This document shows, one piece after another, positions 47,452 through 55,392 of a stretch of 64,000 bases of DNA. Origin of the DNA: a virus (Duplodnaviria; Caudoviricetes). Location of the stretch: the IMG/VR virus record IMGVR_UViG_3300032221_000294, positions 1 through 64,000 of that record, one strand, 5' to 3'. Each line of letters opens with the position of its first letter. Position 1 is the first letter of the stretch. Position numbers and translations under genes: made by a program. The notes under the pieces were generated by a model. It was not told the origin of the DNA. It saw only the letters and a list, made by a program, of their open reading frames with translations, and did not search any database.

Positions 47452-47613
47452 CTAAAGGTAGGCTCCGCCGATAATCGCGTCTTCGCTCACTTCACCCTTC
47501 TCTCGCAGCTTCATGGCCGCTTCAAGATACAGGTCTGCCTTTTCGCCCAGCTCCTGCCTGCGCTCCTTGTAACGTGACATCAGAGCGATGTACTTCTCGT
47601 CGTGTTTACTCAT
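47452..47613 (-). CDS. 53-aa helical protein coupled to kinase (candidate immunity)
   Basis: TGATG overlap; MSKHDEKYIALMSRYKERRQELGEKADLYLEAAMKLREKGEVSEDAIIGGAYL. Confidence 0.65.
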   Translation of the reverse strand: MSKHDEKYIALMSRYKERRQELGEKADLYLEAAMKLREKGEVSEDAIIGGAYL

Positions 47614-49502
47614 CAAACCCCCTCGTAAAGAATCGAGATGTACTTTTGAGCCTGTTCATTAGTTAGTTTAGTCCAGACCCCCTGCTCGTAAGTCTCCATT
47701 GGCGAACGAATTCCGTGATCCATCACCGTGGCAATGTCGTCTTTGGAGAAACCATCCCGAAGCATCGCGAATTGAACGTCAGCTTTGTTTTGTTGAACTC
47801 TGGCGAGAACGGGAGCTTTTTCTTCGAGGTCTTTTCGTGCCCTTTCTGTTGACACGGGTAGAGCACCAGATTTCAATCTTGACTCGTAAATTTCGAGGAG
47901 TCGGCCAGCCGTCCCATCCCATCGACGAAGTTGCCAGTCTCCTTGTCCCGCAGCACCCATACCTCTTGTTGCCGAACCACCTTGTGGAGGCATAAACACA
48001 CCCATCGCTTCGGCCAAAGCGGCTTTTGGCGAGTCTTGAGCAAGACCCATGTCAACGAAACGGGCTTTACCTTTGCGGTCTACAAGAACGTTGTCGATGT
48101 GCATATCATTGTGAGCGATGCCCATCCGGTGAAGTTTTGCCCTAGCAACCCAATATGCGTCGGCAACTTTGACTCCGCCGATTTCTTTGTCGGGTGCTTT
48201 TGAACCGATAGGGCTTCCTGCAACCACGCTCATCGCCACGCGACCAATTTTCGTACCGGCGTTATACTGCGAGTCACCGTCAAGTTGAGCAGCAAGAAGT
48301 TTTGGCCCAAGGTCAACTTTTCCAAGACGGTCAATCAAGTCGGCTTCAATTTTACCGACTTCGCCCCTCTTGATGGCGTTTCCTTTGTTTGGCTCACGAA
48401 GAACGGTCCCGTAAGCACCTCTTCCGAGAAGTTTTGACCCCGACCCATAGGAATCTTCCCAGCGGTAAGACTTGCTTCCGAGCTCACGGGAAATCCCTTT
48501 GTTTATCATGTCACCGTCATGATCGCGAGCGTCTTCACGAGCGTAACGAACGTTTCCAGTTGCTTTTGTTTGTGGGCCTTTAATCGCCTCTTCCACAACT
48601 TTGAGCCGATCAACCAGCTTGTTGCGAAGCGCACCCGGTTTTACCTTTTGAACTTGCGATTTTAAGTTATTCCGCAAATTCCAGGCTTCTCCGAGAAGTC
48701 CCTCTAAGTCACGTCCAACTTCCCTACGAGTTAGAGCACCAAGTCCGAGAACGGATTGAAGCTGTGCGACTTGTGATTTGATTTTGACTCGCCCACTATT
48801 GTCGTCAATCATCGAGATATATCTCGGCGATTCGCCCTTCAAGAGGCGTGAAATATCATCCATTAAATCCTCGTCGGCCACTGTTCTCTTTACGGGGAGA
48901 ACCGTCCTTGTTCTTGCGCCTGGTGACTTATCAAGTTGCCGTGGTGGCAGAACTAACAAAGGCTTCTCGCTCGGGGTTTCTTTTCTGCGAGCTAACTCTC
49001 GGTCAATTCTATCTTTGGTATCCTGTAACACCTCCTTTTTCCCTGCCGGTGCTACTGAGAGACCTTTTCGGAATTTAACAAGAGCACTCGTATCCCATGC
49101 TCCGTACAGCTCGTCGGGTTGATTTTTTGCGTCGACAGTGGGTTTTTCAAAGGCTCGTTTAAATACATCCCCTAAGTTTGTTTCCGCCTTCGGTGCAGCG
49201 GCACCCCTTGCCGGTATAACACCAGCAGCAACTAAACGTCGTTTCAGTTCCCGTGCATCCTCGCCTGCGCGAATGTTCCTGCCAAGTTCCTGACGAAATT
49301 CCTTCTTGATTTTTTCAAATTGGGCGGCGCCACCGCGCTTTCCGCCCGCAGCAGCGGCTCGGTAGAGTTCAACAACCCCCACCTCATCTGAGGCTTTATT
49401 GAGAATGTTATTTACAGCTGTAGGGAAGTTAAGTCGGCAAGATTTTGCATTGCTGATGCAACCAGCCCCACACGCTTTACTGCGGCTGCACCTTTTTCTC
49501 AC
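47613..49502 (-). CDS. 4-Cys-tagged protein with C-terminal Ser/Thr-type kinase
   Basis: CSRSKACGAGCISNAKSC; LGRGAYGTV, AIKR, HNDMHIDN, VDMG. Confidence 0.85.
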   Translation of the reverse strand: MRKRCSRSKACGAGCISNAKSCRLNFPTAVNNILNKASDEVGVVELYRAAAAGGKRGGAAQFEKIKKEFRQELGRNIRAGEDARELKRRLVAAGVIPARGAAAPKAETNLGDVFKRAFEKPTVDAKNQPDELYGAWDTSALVKFRKGLSVAPAGKKEVLQDTKDRIDRELARRKETPSEKPLLVLPPRQLDKSPGARTRTVLPVKRTVADEDLMDDISRLLKGESPRYISMIDDNSGRVKIKSQVAQLQSVLGLGALTRREVGRDLEGLLGEAWNLRNNLKSQVQKVKPGALRNKLVDRLKVVEEAIKGPQTKATGNVRYAREDARDHDGDMINKGISRELGSKSYRWEDSYGSGSKLLGRGAYGTVLREPNKGNAIKRGEVGKIEADLIDRLGKVDLGPKLLAAQLDGDSQYNAGTKIGRVAMSVVAGSPIGSKAPDKEIGGVKVADAYWVARAKLHRMGIAHNDMHIDNVLVDRKGKARFVDMGLAQDSPKAALAEAMGVFMPPQGGSATRGMGAAGQGDWQLRRWDGTAGRLLEIYESRLKSGALPVSTERARKDLEEKAPVLARVQQNKADVQFAMLRDGFSKDDIATVMDHGIRSPMETYEQGVWTKLTNEQAQKYISILYEGV

Positions 49503-50011
49503 TTTGCGCTCTCCCGGTACTCTTGAAGTTTGGCTTCGAGCTCAGCGATACGGGATCCGACGGACTGAATATGCTCGGAATAGGAATCATCCTGGTTCAT
49601 AGTCCGATTGTAATCATCCATTTGCTTACGGCCAAGATCAAGAGTGGAAAGCTTCGCGTCGAGAGCTTCTTTCGCTTTAATCAGGTCGTGCATTTGCTTC
49701 ATCTGGGCTTGCAGACCTTTGAAATTTCCACGCATACGGGAGGTGCGCATCTCGTCTTGAAGCGAGTCAATGCGCATATCAAGCGATTTCTCTTGCTCAG
49801 CAAGGCTATCGTATTCCCCACCGTCACGAACGTTTTCGGGGAGAATCTCGCCAAAGCGAGAGTTGATCACAGACGTGTTCTCGGGCTCCATAACGGTTCC
49901 CCGAGCGTAATCTGTCGGTGTGTGGGAGTAATCAAGGATCTGATGCCCCCGCTCCGAATAAATTAAATAGGCTTGTTCGATAGCCTTTTCTGAAATGGAG
50001 TCTTTCCGCAT
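49499..50011 (-). CDS. Coiled-coil late protein (YSE motifs)
   Basis: GGGTAAAA at 50036-50043. Confidence 0.65.
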   Translation of the reverse strand: MRKDSISEKAIEQAYLIYSERGHQILDYSHTPTDYARGTVMEPENTSVINSRFGEILPENVRDGGEYDSLAEQEKSLDMRIDSLQDEMRTSRMRGNFKGLQAQMKQMHDLIKAKEALDAKLSTLDLGRKQMDDYNRTMNQDDSYSEHIQSVGSRIAELEAKLQEYRESAK

Positions 50012-50042
50012 GTCGAAAAGGAGACTTATACGTGATTTTACC

Positions 50043-50561
50043 CTATCTTGTGCCCTCTAGGGTCTTGCGGCCGATCTCGTTGATGGCCTGTTGCCGAGCC
50101 GAGCCGCTGGCATTTGGATTCGCTAAGGCCGCTGCTGATTGAGCAGGGGCTGCTGGTTGAACGTTTTTCGGTCGTGGCGATTGACTTGGTTTTACGGGTT
50201 TTGGACCCACTTTCTTTTCACCGGCGACTGAACCCCATTCAACAAGAACGGGTTTGCCACCTTTTACGGCCCAACCCATCCGCTTGCCGTTCACCATTAC
50301 GGGTTTGTTGCTCTTAACGTCCGAGCCCTGCTTCTTGGCTTCAGCTTCACCCGCTTCCTCTTGTTTGGTTTTCTTGCTGGAGTCGAAGTCCTTTTCACCG
50401 GTGCCGCCGCCAACTTTGCGGCAGACGCCGAATACCATCTTCTCGCCTTCTCCACAGCCTTGGCCGTCAGCGAAGTTCCAGTCGATAATTGTGTAGTGAA
50501 CACCTTCAATGAGGTGGTCAACTGAGGGAAAATTGAAATTGCTTTGCATGGGGATCACCAC
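50043..50561 (-). CDS. Basic late protein (FAD...C...GVCRK)
   Basis: Two-Cys module reminiscent of the YGTGGKCRK tag. Confidence 0.65.
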   Translation of the reverse strand: MVIPMQSNFNFPSVDHLIEGVHYTIIDWNFADGQGCGEGEKMVFGVCRKVGGGTGEKDFDSSKKTKQEEAGEAEAKKQGSDVKSNKPVMVNGKRMGWAVKGGKPVLVEWGSVAGEKKVGPKPVKPSQSPRPKNVQPAAPAQSAAALANPNASGSARQQAINEIGRKTLEGTR

Positions 50562-50866
50562 TTAACTTTGTTGGCCCAGTAGGAACCAGAGGAAGGACCT
50601 TTCGCGATGTTTTTTGCGTGCCGCGCTTTGAAAGCTTCGCGTCGCGCCTTGTAAGACTCCGACTCACCTTCTTTTTTCGGGGACCCTTTGACGCCAGCTT
50701 GACCGAAACGAATCAATTTTTCCTGACCGTCGTAACACGCTTTGACAACGTGGCTGTGTCCGCCTTGTGTGTCCGCCTGAGGCTTGTTACAAGCCAAGTC
50801 TGCCTTTTCGGCGTAGTCTCTACGAAACCGCTCAAGAACTCCCTCAAAGAAAGACCCCCACATCAA
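50555..50866 (-). CDS. DUF6321-like small basic protein
   Basis: KLIRFG..G...RR.AFKARH...S..YWA...W, after a WGSFFE...YAE leader. Confidence 0.65.
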   Translation of the reverse strand: MMWGSFFEGVLERFRRDYAEKADLACNKPQADTQGGHSHVVKACYDGQEKLIRFGQAGVKGSPKKEGESESYKARREAFKARHAKNIAKGPSSGSYWANKVKW

Positions 50867-51420
50867 CCTTCCTCCCCGAAGCGAATGAAATCACCGACGC
50901 TTGCCAGGGCGACTCCAGCGTTTGCAATCTTTGTAGCAGCCCACGGAGGCAGATTGTCTTCTTCGTCGAGCATATCGAGCATTATTTCGATCTTTTCTTG
51001 CGCAACACGAAGTTGGGTGATGATCATCCCGCCATTATTTTCACTGGACTGAAAAATTTCTGAGTAGGAGTTGTCGTTCGCTGAAGCATGCATCGCAAGT
51101 TGACCGTTTTTGTTAGCTGCCCTTTTAATGACTTCCATGCGGGGCATCCGAATCGGAACTCCTTCGTTCATCTGTGGGTTCTTTTCGTCACCTTCGCCTG
51201 GCTCTTCGGGCAGAAAGTTCGGTGTCATTTCTGCTGTGGCGATGTCACCTTCCCCATGTTTTGACTCGAGAGGAACGCAGTTTGGAACTGTTCGTCCGCC
51301 TTTCTTCTTCACGCCGACGGCGTGGTAGCCCTTCCAGCAGGCTTTCTTCAAGCACTCACGAGAATCTTCGGAGAACCCGAAACCTTCGAGTCTCTCCCAA
51401 TCGTAGTTGTTAGGGTTCAT
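50863..51420 (-). CDS. Modular cyanophage protein (CWKGY...VPNCVP and NLPPW..TKI modules)
   Basis: Each module is preceded by FSE or YSE. Confidence 0.65.
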   Translation of the reverse strand: MNPNNYDWERLEGFGFSEDSRECLKKACWKGYHAVGVKKKGGRTVPNCVPLESKHGEGDIATAEMTPNFLPEEPGEGDEKNPQMNEGVPIRMPRMEVIKRAANKNGQLAMHASANDNSYSEIFQSSENNGGMIITQLRVAQEKIEIMLDMLDEEDNLPPWAATKIANAGVALASVGDFIRFGEEG

Positions 51421-51682
51421 GATCTGTGATCCTCCGGTGTAGTAGATCTTTCTGAATGTCTTCGACCTTTTCCGACAACCGAATATGATCTTCCCGAAGA
51501 GTGTACTTGATTGGCAGGTCCGTTCTCAGGTTATCGAGAACCGACTCCATCTTCTCCATATGGCGGATAATAGTTCCAAAACGGTCGTCGATTCGCTTTC
51601 CATTTCGTTCAAGAACCCAGCCAATTCCGCTAACGGAGGTGACAATAGACGCTAGAATACTTAAGATAGCTACGGGTTCCAT
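51410..51682 (-). CDS. TM plus coiled-coil protein
   Basis: Start placed at MEPVAILS. Confidence 0.6.
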   Translation of the reverse strand: MEPVAILSILASIVTSVSGIGWVLERNGKRIDDRFGTIIRHMEKMESVLDNLRTDLPIKYTLREDHIRLSEKVEDIQKDLLHRRITDHEP

Positions 51683-51683
51683 A

Positions 51684-52391
51684 CTACTCCGGCAAACCTG
51701 ATTGACCTGAAGCAAGCCGATCTTTCACGGATTGCGGTAAGCCCGACTCCCAGCCGTTCTTCTTCGCGATGCGAATGATGCTAGCCATAATTTTGCGAGG
51801 ATTTTTTCCTCGCCCTACCGAAGACCAGGCGGCAGCAACGTCTTCCGGGCTCGAGATTGGAAAAGACATATCAGGGCCGGCAAATTCACCCTTGACTGCC
51901 CCGGCTTTGAGCTCTTCGCGCTTTCCGGTGCTCCACTCGCGGTACTCGGCTGCTTTGCGTTTCTTGTCACGGCAAACTGGGCAAGATCCTCCGCATTCGC
52001 ATTCGGCCATTGCGAAAGGTTGCGCAATTGCGAGAAGCTCGGTGTCCTGAGAATCGCCCTCGGCGAACCCGTACTCGGCCCTTTTCATTTCCTTAAACGA
52101 AGCCATCCGAGATTTCTTGCGGTCGAAAATCTCTTTCATGGCCTTATTGCCATCGCAATTTTCGTTGTAATTTCGGTTGACGAGACTAGTACGCTTTTCG
52201 CGATTTGCAGCGTTCAACTTTAGAACACTTTCGTTGTGGTGAGACATTCCACCGGTAATGTCGGGAGACCATTTCTTACCGGAGGCGTTCATTTCTTTCA
52301 ACCTGTCTACGCTAATTGCGTTCGAGGCGTTGATGTTACCGCCTACACCAGGAAGCGAAACGTCGGAGAAATCTAGACGGGATCCGTACAT
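51684..52391 (-). CDS. Late protein with Cys cluster and C-terminal FPI...DV.AA...GR domain
   Basis: CECGGSCPVC; GGGTAAAA at 52417-52424. Confidence 0.65.
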   Translation of the reverse strand: MYGSRLDFSDVSLPGVGGNINASNAISVDRLKEMNASGKKWSPDITGGMSHHNESVLKLNAANREKRTSLVNRNYNENCDGNKAMKEIFDRKKSRMASFKEMKRAEYGFAEGDSQDTELLAIAQPFAMAECECGGSCPVCRDKKRKAAEYREWSTGKREELKAGAVKGEFAGPDMSFPISSPEDVAAAWSSVGRGKNPRKIMASIIRIAKKNGWESGLPQSVKDRLASGQSGLPE

Positions 52392-52428
52392 ATAGGAGGC
52401 AGTGGCAATACTTTCCTTTTACCCTTTA

Positions 52429-52746
52429 TTAGGGACTCTCCGATTCGTTGGTGGTTTTGCGACGACGAGTTACTTGCTCGACCTCTGCACCGGCAGCAGG
52501 TTCTGCGGGAACTAAAAGGGCCAGCAGGGTAGTTAATGCCAGTTTGCCAGTTTCGGCGAAGCTTGAGTTCGCCTGAGCGCAAACTAAGTTTGTTTTCTCC
52601 AGTTCGGCTGGGCTGCTTGAAAGTTTGAAACAGGTGGCAAACTGTGCGCCAGTGGACGCGAATTGAACTATGAAGATAGCAACGAGGCTTCGAATCAGAA
52701 AGCGGCGCTCGTTGAAGCTACTCGTAGTCTTCGTCAGCAGGCTCAT
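52429..52746 (-). CDS. Two-TM small membrane protein
   Basis: Two hydrophobic segments. Confidence 0.55.
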   Translation of the reverse strand: MSLLTKTTSSFNERRFLIRSLVAIFIVQFASTGAQFATCFKLSSSPAELEKTNLVCAQANSSFAETGKLALTTLLALLVPAEPAAGAEVEQVTRRRKTTNESESP

Positions 52747-53080
52747 TGTCCTCTTCCATTGAGAGTTCGCTTAGAATTTCATTGACAAGGGCGTCAACCT
52801 CGTCTTCAGTTAGTTCCTCTTCCTCGTCGGACTCTTCCTCCTCGTAGTAGGATTCCGGTTGGAAGGGTTGCTTCAGATCGTCATCGGGACCTTTTCCGCT
52901 CGGATAGCGCCAAAGGCCAGTATGCTCGATCCAAGGGGAAGTGTTTGAGATTTCGCCAGCAGGGAGACCGGTTCGGGTGTCCATATCCTGGTCTTCCGGA
53001 GTCATCAGTTGAGCGGCATACGCAGCGCGGAATGCTTCAACGGCGTCCATGTCGAAATCGCCACCAATTCTGTTGGTCAT
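52718..53080 (-). CDS. Acidic late protein
   Basis: GDFD.DAVEAFR leader; GGGTAAAA at 53109-53116. Confidence 0.6.
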   Translation of the reverse strand: MTNRIGGDFDMDAVEAFRAAYAAQLMTPEDQDMDTRTGLPAGEISNTSPWIEHTGLWRYPSGKGPDDDLKQPFQPESYYEEEESDEEEELTEDEVDALVNEILSELSMEEDNEPADEDYE

Positions 53081-53118
53081 TTGTTAGTTGTAATGGAACT
53101 TGAAGAAATTTTACCCGC

Positions 53119-53841
53119 TCAGGCCGCCCCGAAAAACCGGTAATTCCCCTCGTCGTCCTCGTAAATAGATCCCTCGTAAGCGTCTGTCCCCCTAGTAATT
53201 GCCTCGACGTCTTTGTCGGTCCACCCCAACACTTTCTTCAGAACTTTTTTTGGTACCGTAGCTGCAAGATCATCGTAGGAGGCGTTTTTGTCAACGTATT
53301 TCTGTAATTTCGGGTGCTCCATAACCCTTTCGATGGCCTCGTCAACTCTTGATGGTAATCCAGCCTTGGCGAATTCGCCGAGTGCTTCTTGCTTTCTCTT
53401 CTTTCCCGTATCCTTGGTCACACCCCCTGGCCCGTAAGTGTTATTTTTATGCCCGTATAGACTTGACTTGTACGCGTCAGCTTCTCTGCGTCTTTCCCTT
53501 TCACCGGGCGTCATATTCCCCCTGGTATCGCCCTTCTTATAAGGTTCACGCGCACGACCAGCAGCGTTCGCTGCGAGTTGGTCATACATGGCTTTTCTTT
53601 CAGGTGTTTGATTCTTTTTCTGACGTGCCAGTTTCGCTGCTCTTTCCGCTACTTTGGCTGCTGCGCCTTTGGTGGATTCTACACCTTTGCGGCATTGCCC
53701 TCCCGTGCCGTAGATAGACCCGTCGGGTCGCATACATCGGGTGAAGTCGTAGCTCTCTCCCTCGGAGAAATCCGCAGATTGTGTTTGTGAAACCATCTCC
53801 GAATACTGGAGGAGAGCCTTTTCTGAGAAAGAACCTAGCAT
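53119..53841 (-). CDS. Tagged modular protein (GSFSEKAL...DFSE..YDFTRC..YGTGGQCRKG)
   Basis: First ~55 aa homologous to 54660..55355; own GGGTAAAA at 53865-53872. Confidence 0.8.
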   Translation of the reverse strand: MLGSFSEKALLQYSEMVSQTQSADFSEGESYDFTRCMRPDGSIYGTGGQCRKGVESTKGAAAKVAERAAKLARQKKNQTPERKAMYDQLAANAAGRAREPYKKGDTRGNMTPGERERRREADAYKSSLYGHKNNTYGPGGVTKDTGKKRKQEALGEFAKAGLPSRVDEAIERVMEHPKLQKYVDKNASYDDLAATVPKKVLKKVLGWTDKDVEAITRGTDAYEGSIYEDDEGNYRFFGAA

Positions 53842-53872
53842 GATACTAAAGTAATCTGCTCAAGTTTTACCC

Positions 53873-54319
53873 TTAGCGTTTCTTGATCTTGCCCGAGATA
53901 TCTTGCCCCATCTTGCTATTGCCCATGAGCTTTTCTTCGTACTCTTTAACTTCCTTTTTGACATCTGCCTTGAGTTTACCTTCCTGAAGCATTTTTTCCT
54001 TCTTAGACTCAAGGATTTCAGGGTCGTAGGGGGCATTCTTCTCTCGCTCTTTCTTCGCCTTTTCCTTGCCCTTCTGCATTGTTTTCGCAGTTTGCTCACG
54101 CTTGGCAAGTTCTTCTTTGTGAACGAGTTTCCCTTCTTCGTCAAACTTGTGGTCTTTTGGAAGCTCGGGGGGAGTGTACTCTTGGTGAATTTCCTGCGCC
54201 AGGCGATCAAGAAGTTGGTCGTACGAGTCACGCAGGCGCCGTCTGCAAACGCCGGCAGCAGCCACAGTCATCGGGCCACAGGGAATCCTGTGCTGAGTAA
54301 TTTCTTCGAGTGCGTTCAT
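53873..54319 (-). CDS. Lys/Glu-rich protein (C...GVCRRR)
   Basis: Start placed at MNALEEIT. Confidence 0.6.
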   Translation of the reverse strand: MNALEEITQHRIPCGPMTVAAAGVCRRRLRDSYDQLLDRLAQEIHQEYTPPELPKDHKFDEEGKLVHKEELAKREQTAKTMQKGKEKAKKEREKNAPYDPEILESKKEKMLQEGKLKADVKKEVKEYEEKLMGNSKMGQDISGKIKKR

Positions 54320-54320
54320 G

Positions 54321-54656
54321 TTAGGCTCCTTTTCTTTGGCGAATGCGACCGTCGTTGTGCTCGTCGTAGTGAACTCCCTTCCTCTTTTCCTTGCGGGGGT
54401 TTGAGTCCTGACGATTTGTTTCCCGCATCGACTGAACCATTGTGTCGCGCATGTTGCGAAGTTGCTCACGCGGCAGAGTGCAATGATCGCTGTCACGATA
54501 GGAACGATACCAGCGGCAAACTTCCGACGGGTCGTCAGCCTGGAGCATCATATTCCACACCCCGAGTGCTTGCGCATCGGCTAGGGTGCCAGGCTTGAGT
54601 TTGGCCTCAATTTCGTGCCGCTCGGGGCGATTGAATCGGGTGTCTTTGCGCATCAC
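54321..54656 (-). CDS. Hypothetical protein
   Basis: Tightly spaced ORF. Confidence 0.6.
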   Translation of the reverse strand: MMRKDTRFNRPERHEIEAKLKPGTLADAQALGVWNMMLQADDPSEVCRWYRSYRDSDHCTLPREQLRNMRDTMVQSMRETNRQDSNPRKEKRKGVHYDEHNDGRIRQRKGA

Positions 54657-54659
54657 TGA

Positions 54660-55355
54660 TCAGAGTTTTCCTATTTGCCATTTAATACCGACGTCACTAG
54701 TCCACGGATGCACGACTGTATATCCGTCTTTGGTTTTCTTTACTTGAAAATTATCGCCTCCTTGCTTCTTATTAAGAGCGTTAGCAAGCTCTTGAGCTTT
54801 GTTTTTGGGGAAAATTAAAGAATCGGACGAACGCTCTGACGAAGTTCCTTTTGAACTCTTCTGTCCCTTACCCGCAAGCTGAGCCAGAGCATTTTTAGCA
54901 TAGCGGGAAAAGGAACCTTTGGCCCCATCTTCTTGATAACGATCTGAAGCATTATCGAGAGCACTAACGAGTTTTTGTTTTTGTTCGGGGTTTAATTTTA
55001 GGCCCAGTGCTTTTTCTAACTTGGGTGCGAGTGTCTCCCCGGCATACCCAGGGGTGGAATCTGACTCTCCGTCCTCAAAGGCCATAAACGCTTTGTCCCA
55101 AGCCTTATACAAACCATCTACGATTTTGGCAGCATCTTTCTTTGGTCCACCCGACGCTCTCTTCGCTTTTTCTTCAATTTCTTTAGCGCCTTCCGTGCCC
55201 TTTCGGCATTTACCCCCAGTGCCATACGCCGACCCGTCGGGTCTCACGCAACGGGTGAAGTCGTAGGTATATCCTTCAGAGAAATCCGCAGCTTGAGTCT
55301 GAGCCGCAAGTTCTGCGAAGTGACGCAAAGCGTCTTCAGAAAAATGACCGTTCAT
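54660..55355 (-). CDS. Tagged modular protein (GHFSEDAL...DFSE..YDFTRC..YGTGGKCRKG)
   Basis: Start placed at MNGHFSED, 21 nt after GGGTAAAA 55377-55384. Confidence 0.8.
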   Translation of the reverse strand: MNGHFSEDALRHFAELAAQTQAADFSEGYTYDFTRCVRPDGSAYGTGGKCRKGTEGAKEIEEKAKRASGGPKKDAAKIVDGLYKAWDKAFMAFEDGESDSTPGYAGETLAPKLEKALGLKLNPEQKQKLVSALDNASDRYQEDGAKGSFSRYAKNALAQLAGKGQKSSKGTSSERSSDSLIFPKNKAQELANALNKKQGGDNFQVKKTKDGYTVVHPWTSDVGIKWQIGKL

Positions 55356-55392
55356 GGCTGTAAAATAATATACAAGTTTTACCCCCTTGGTG

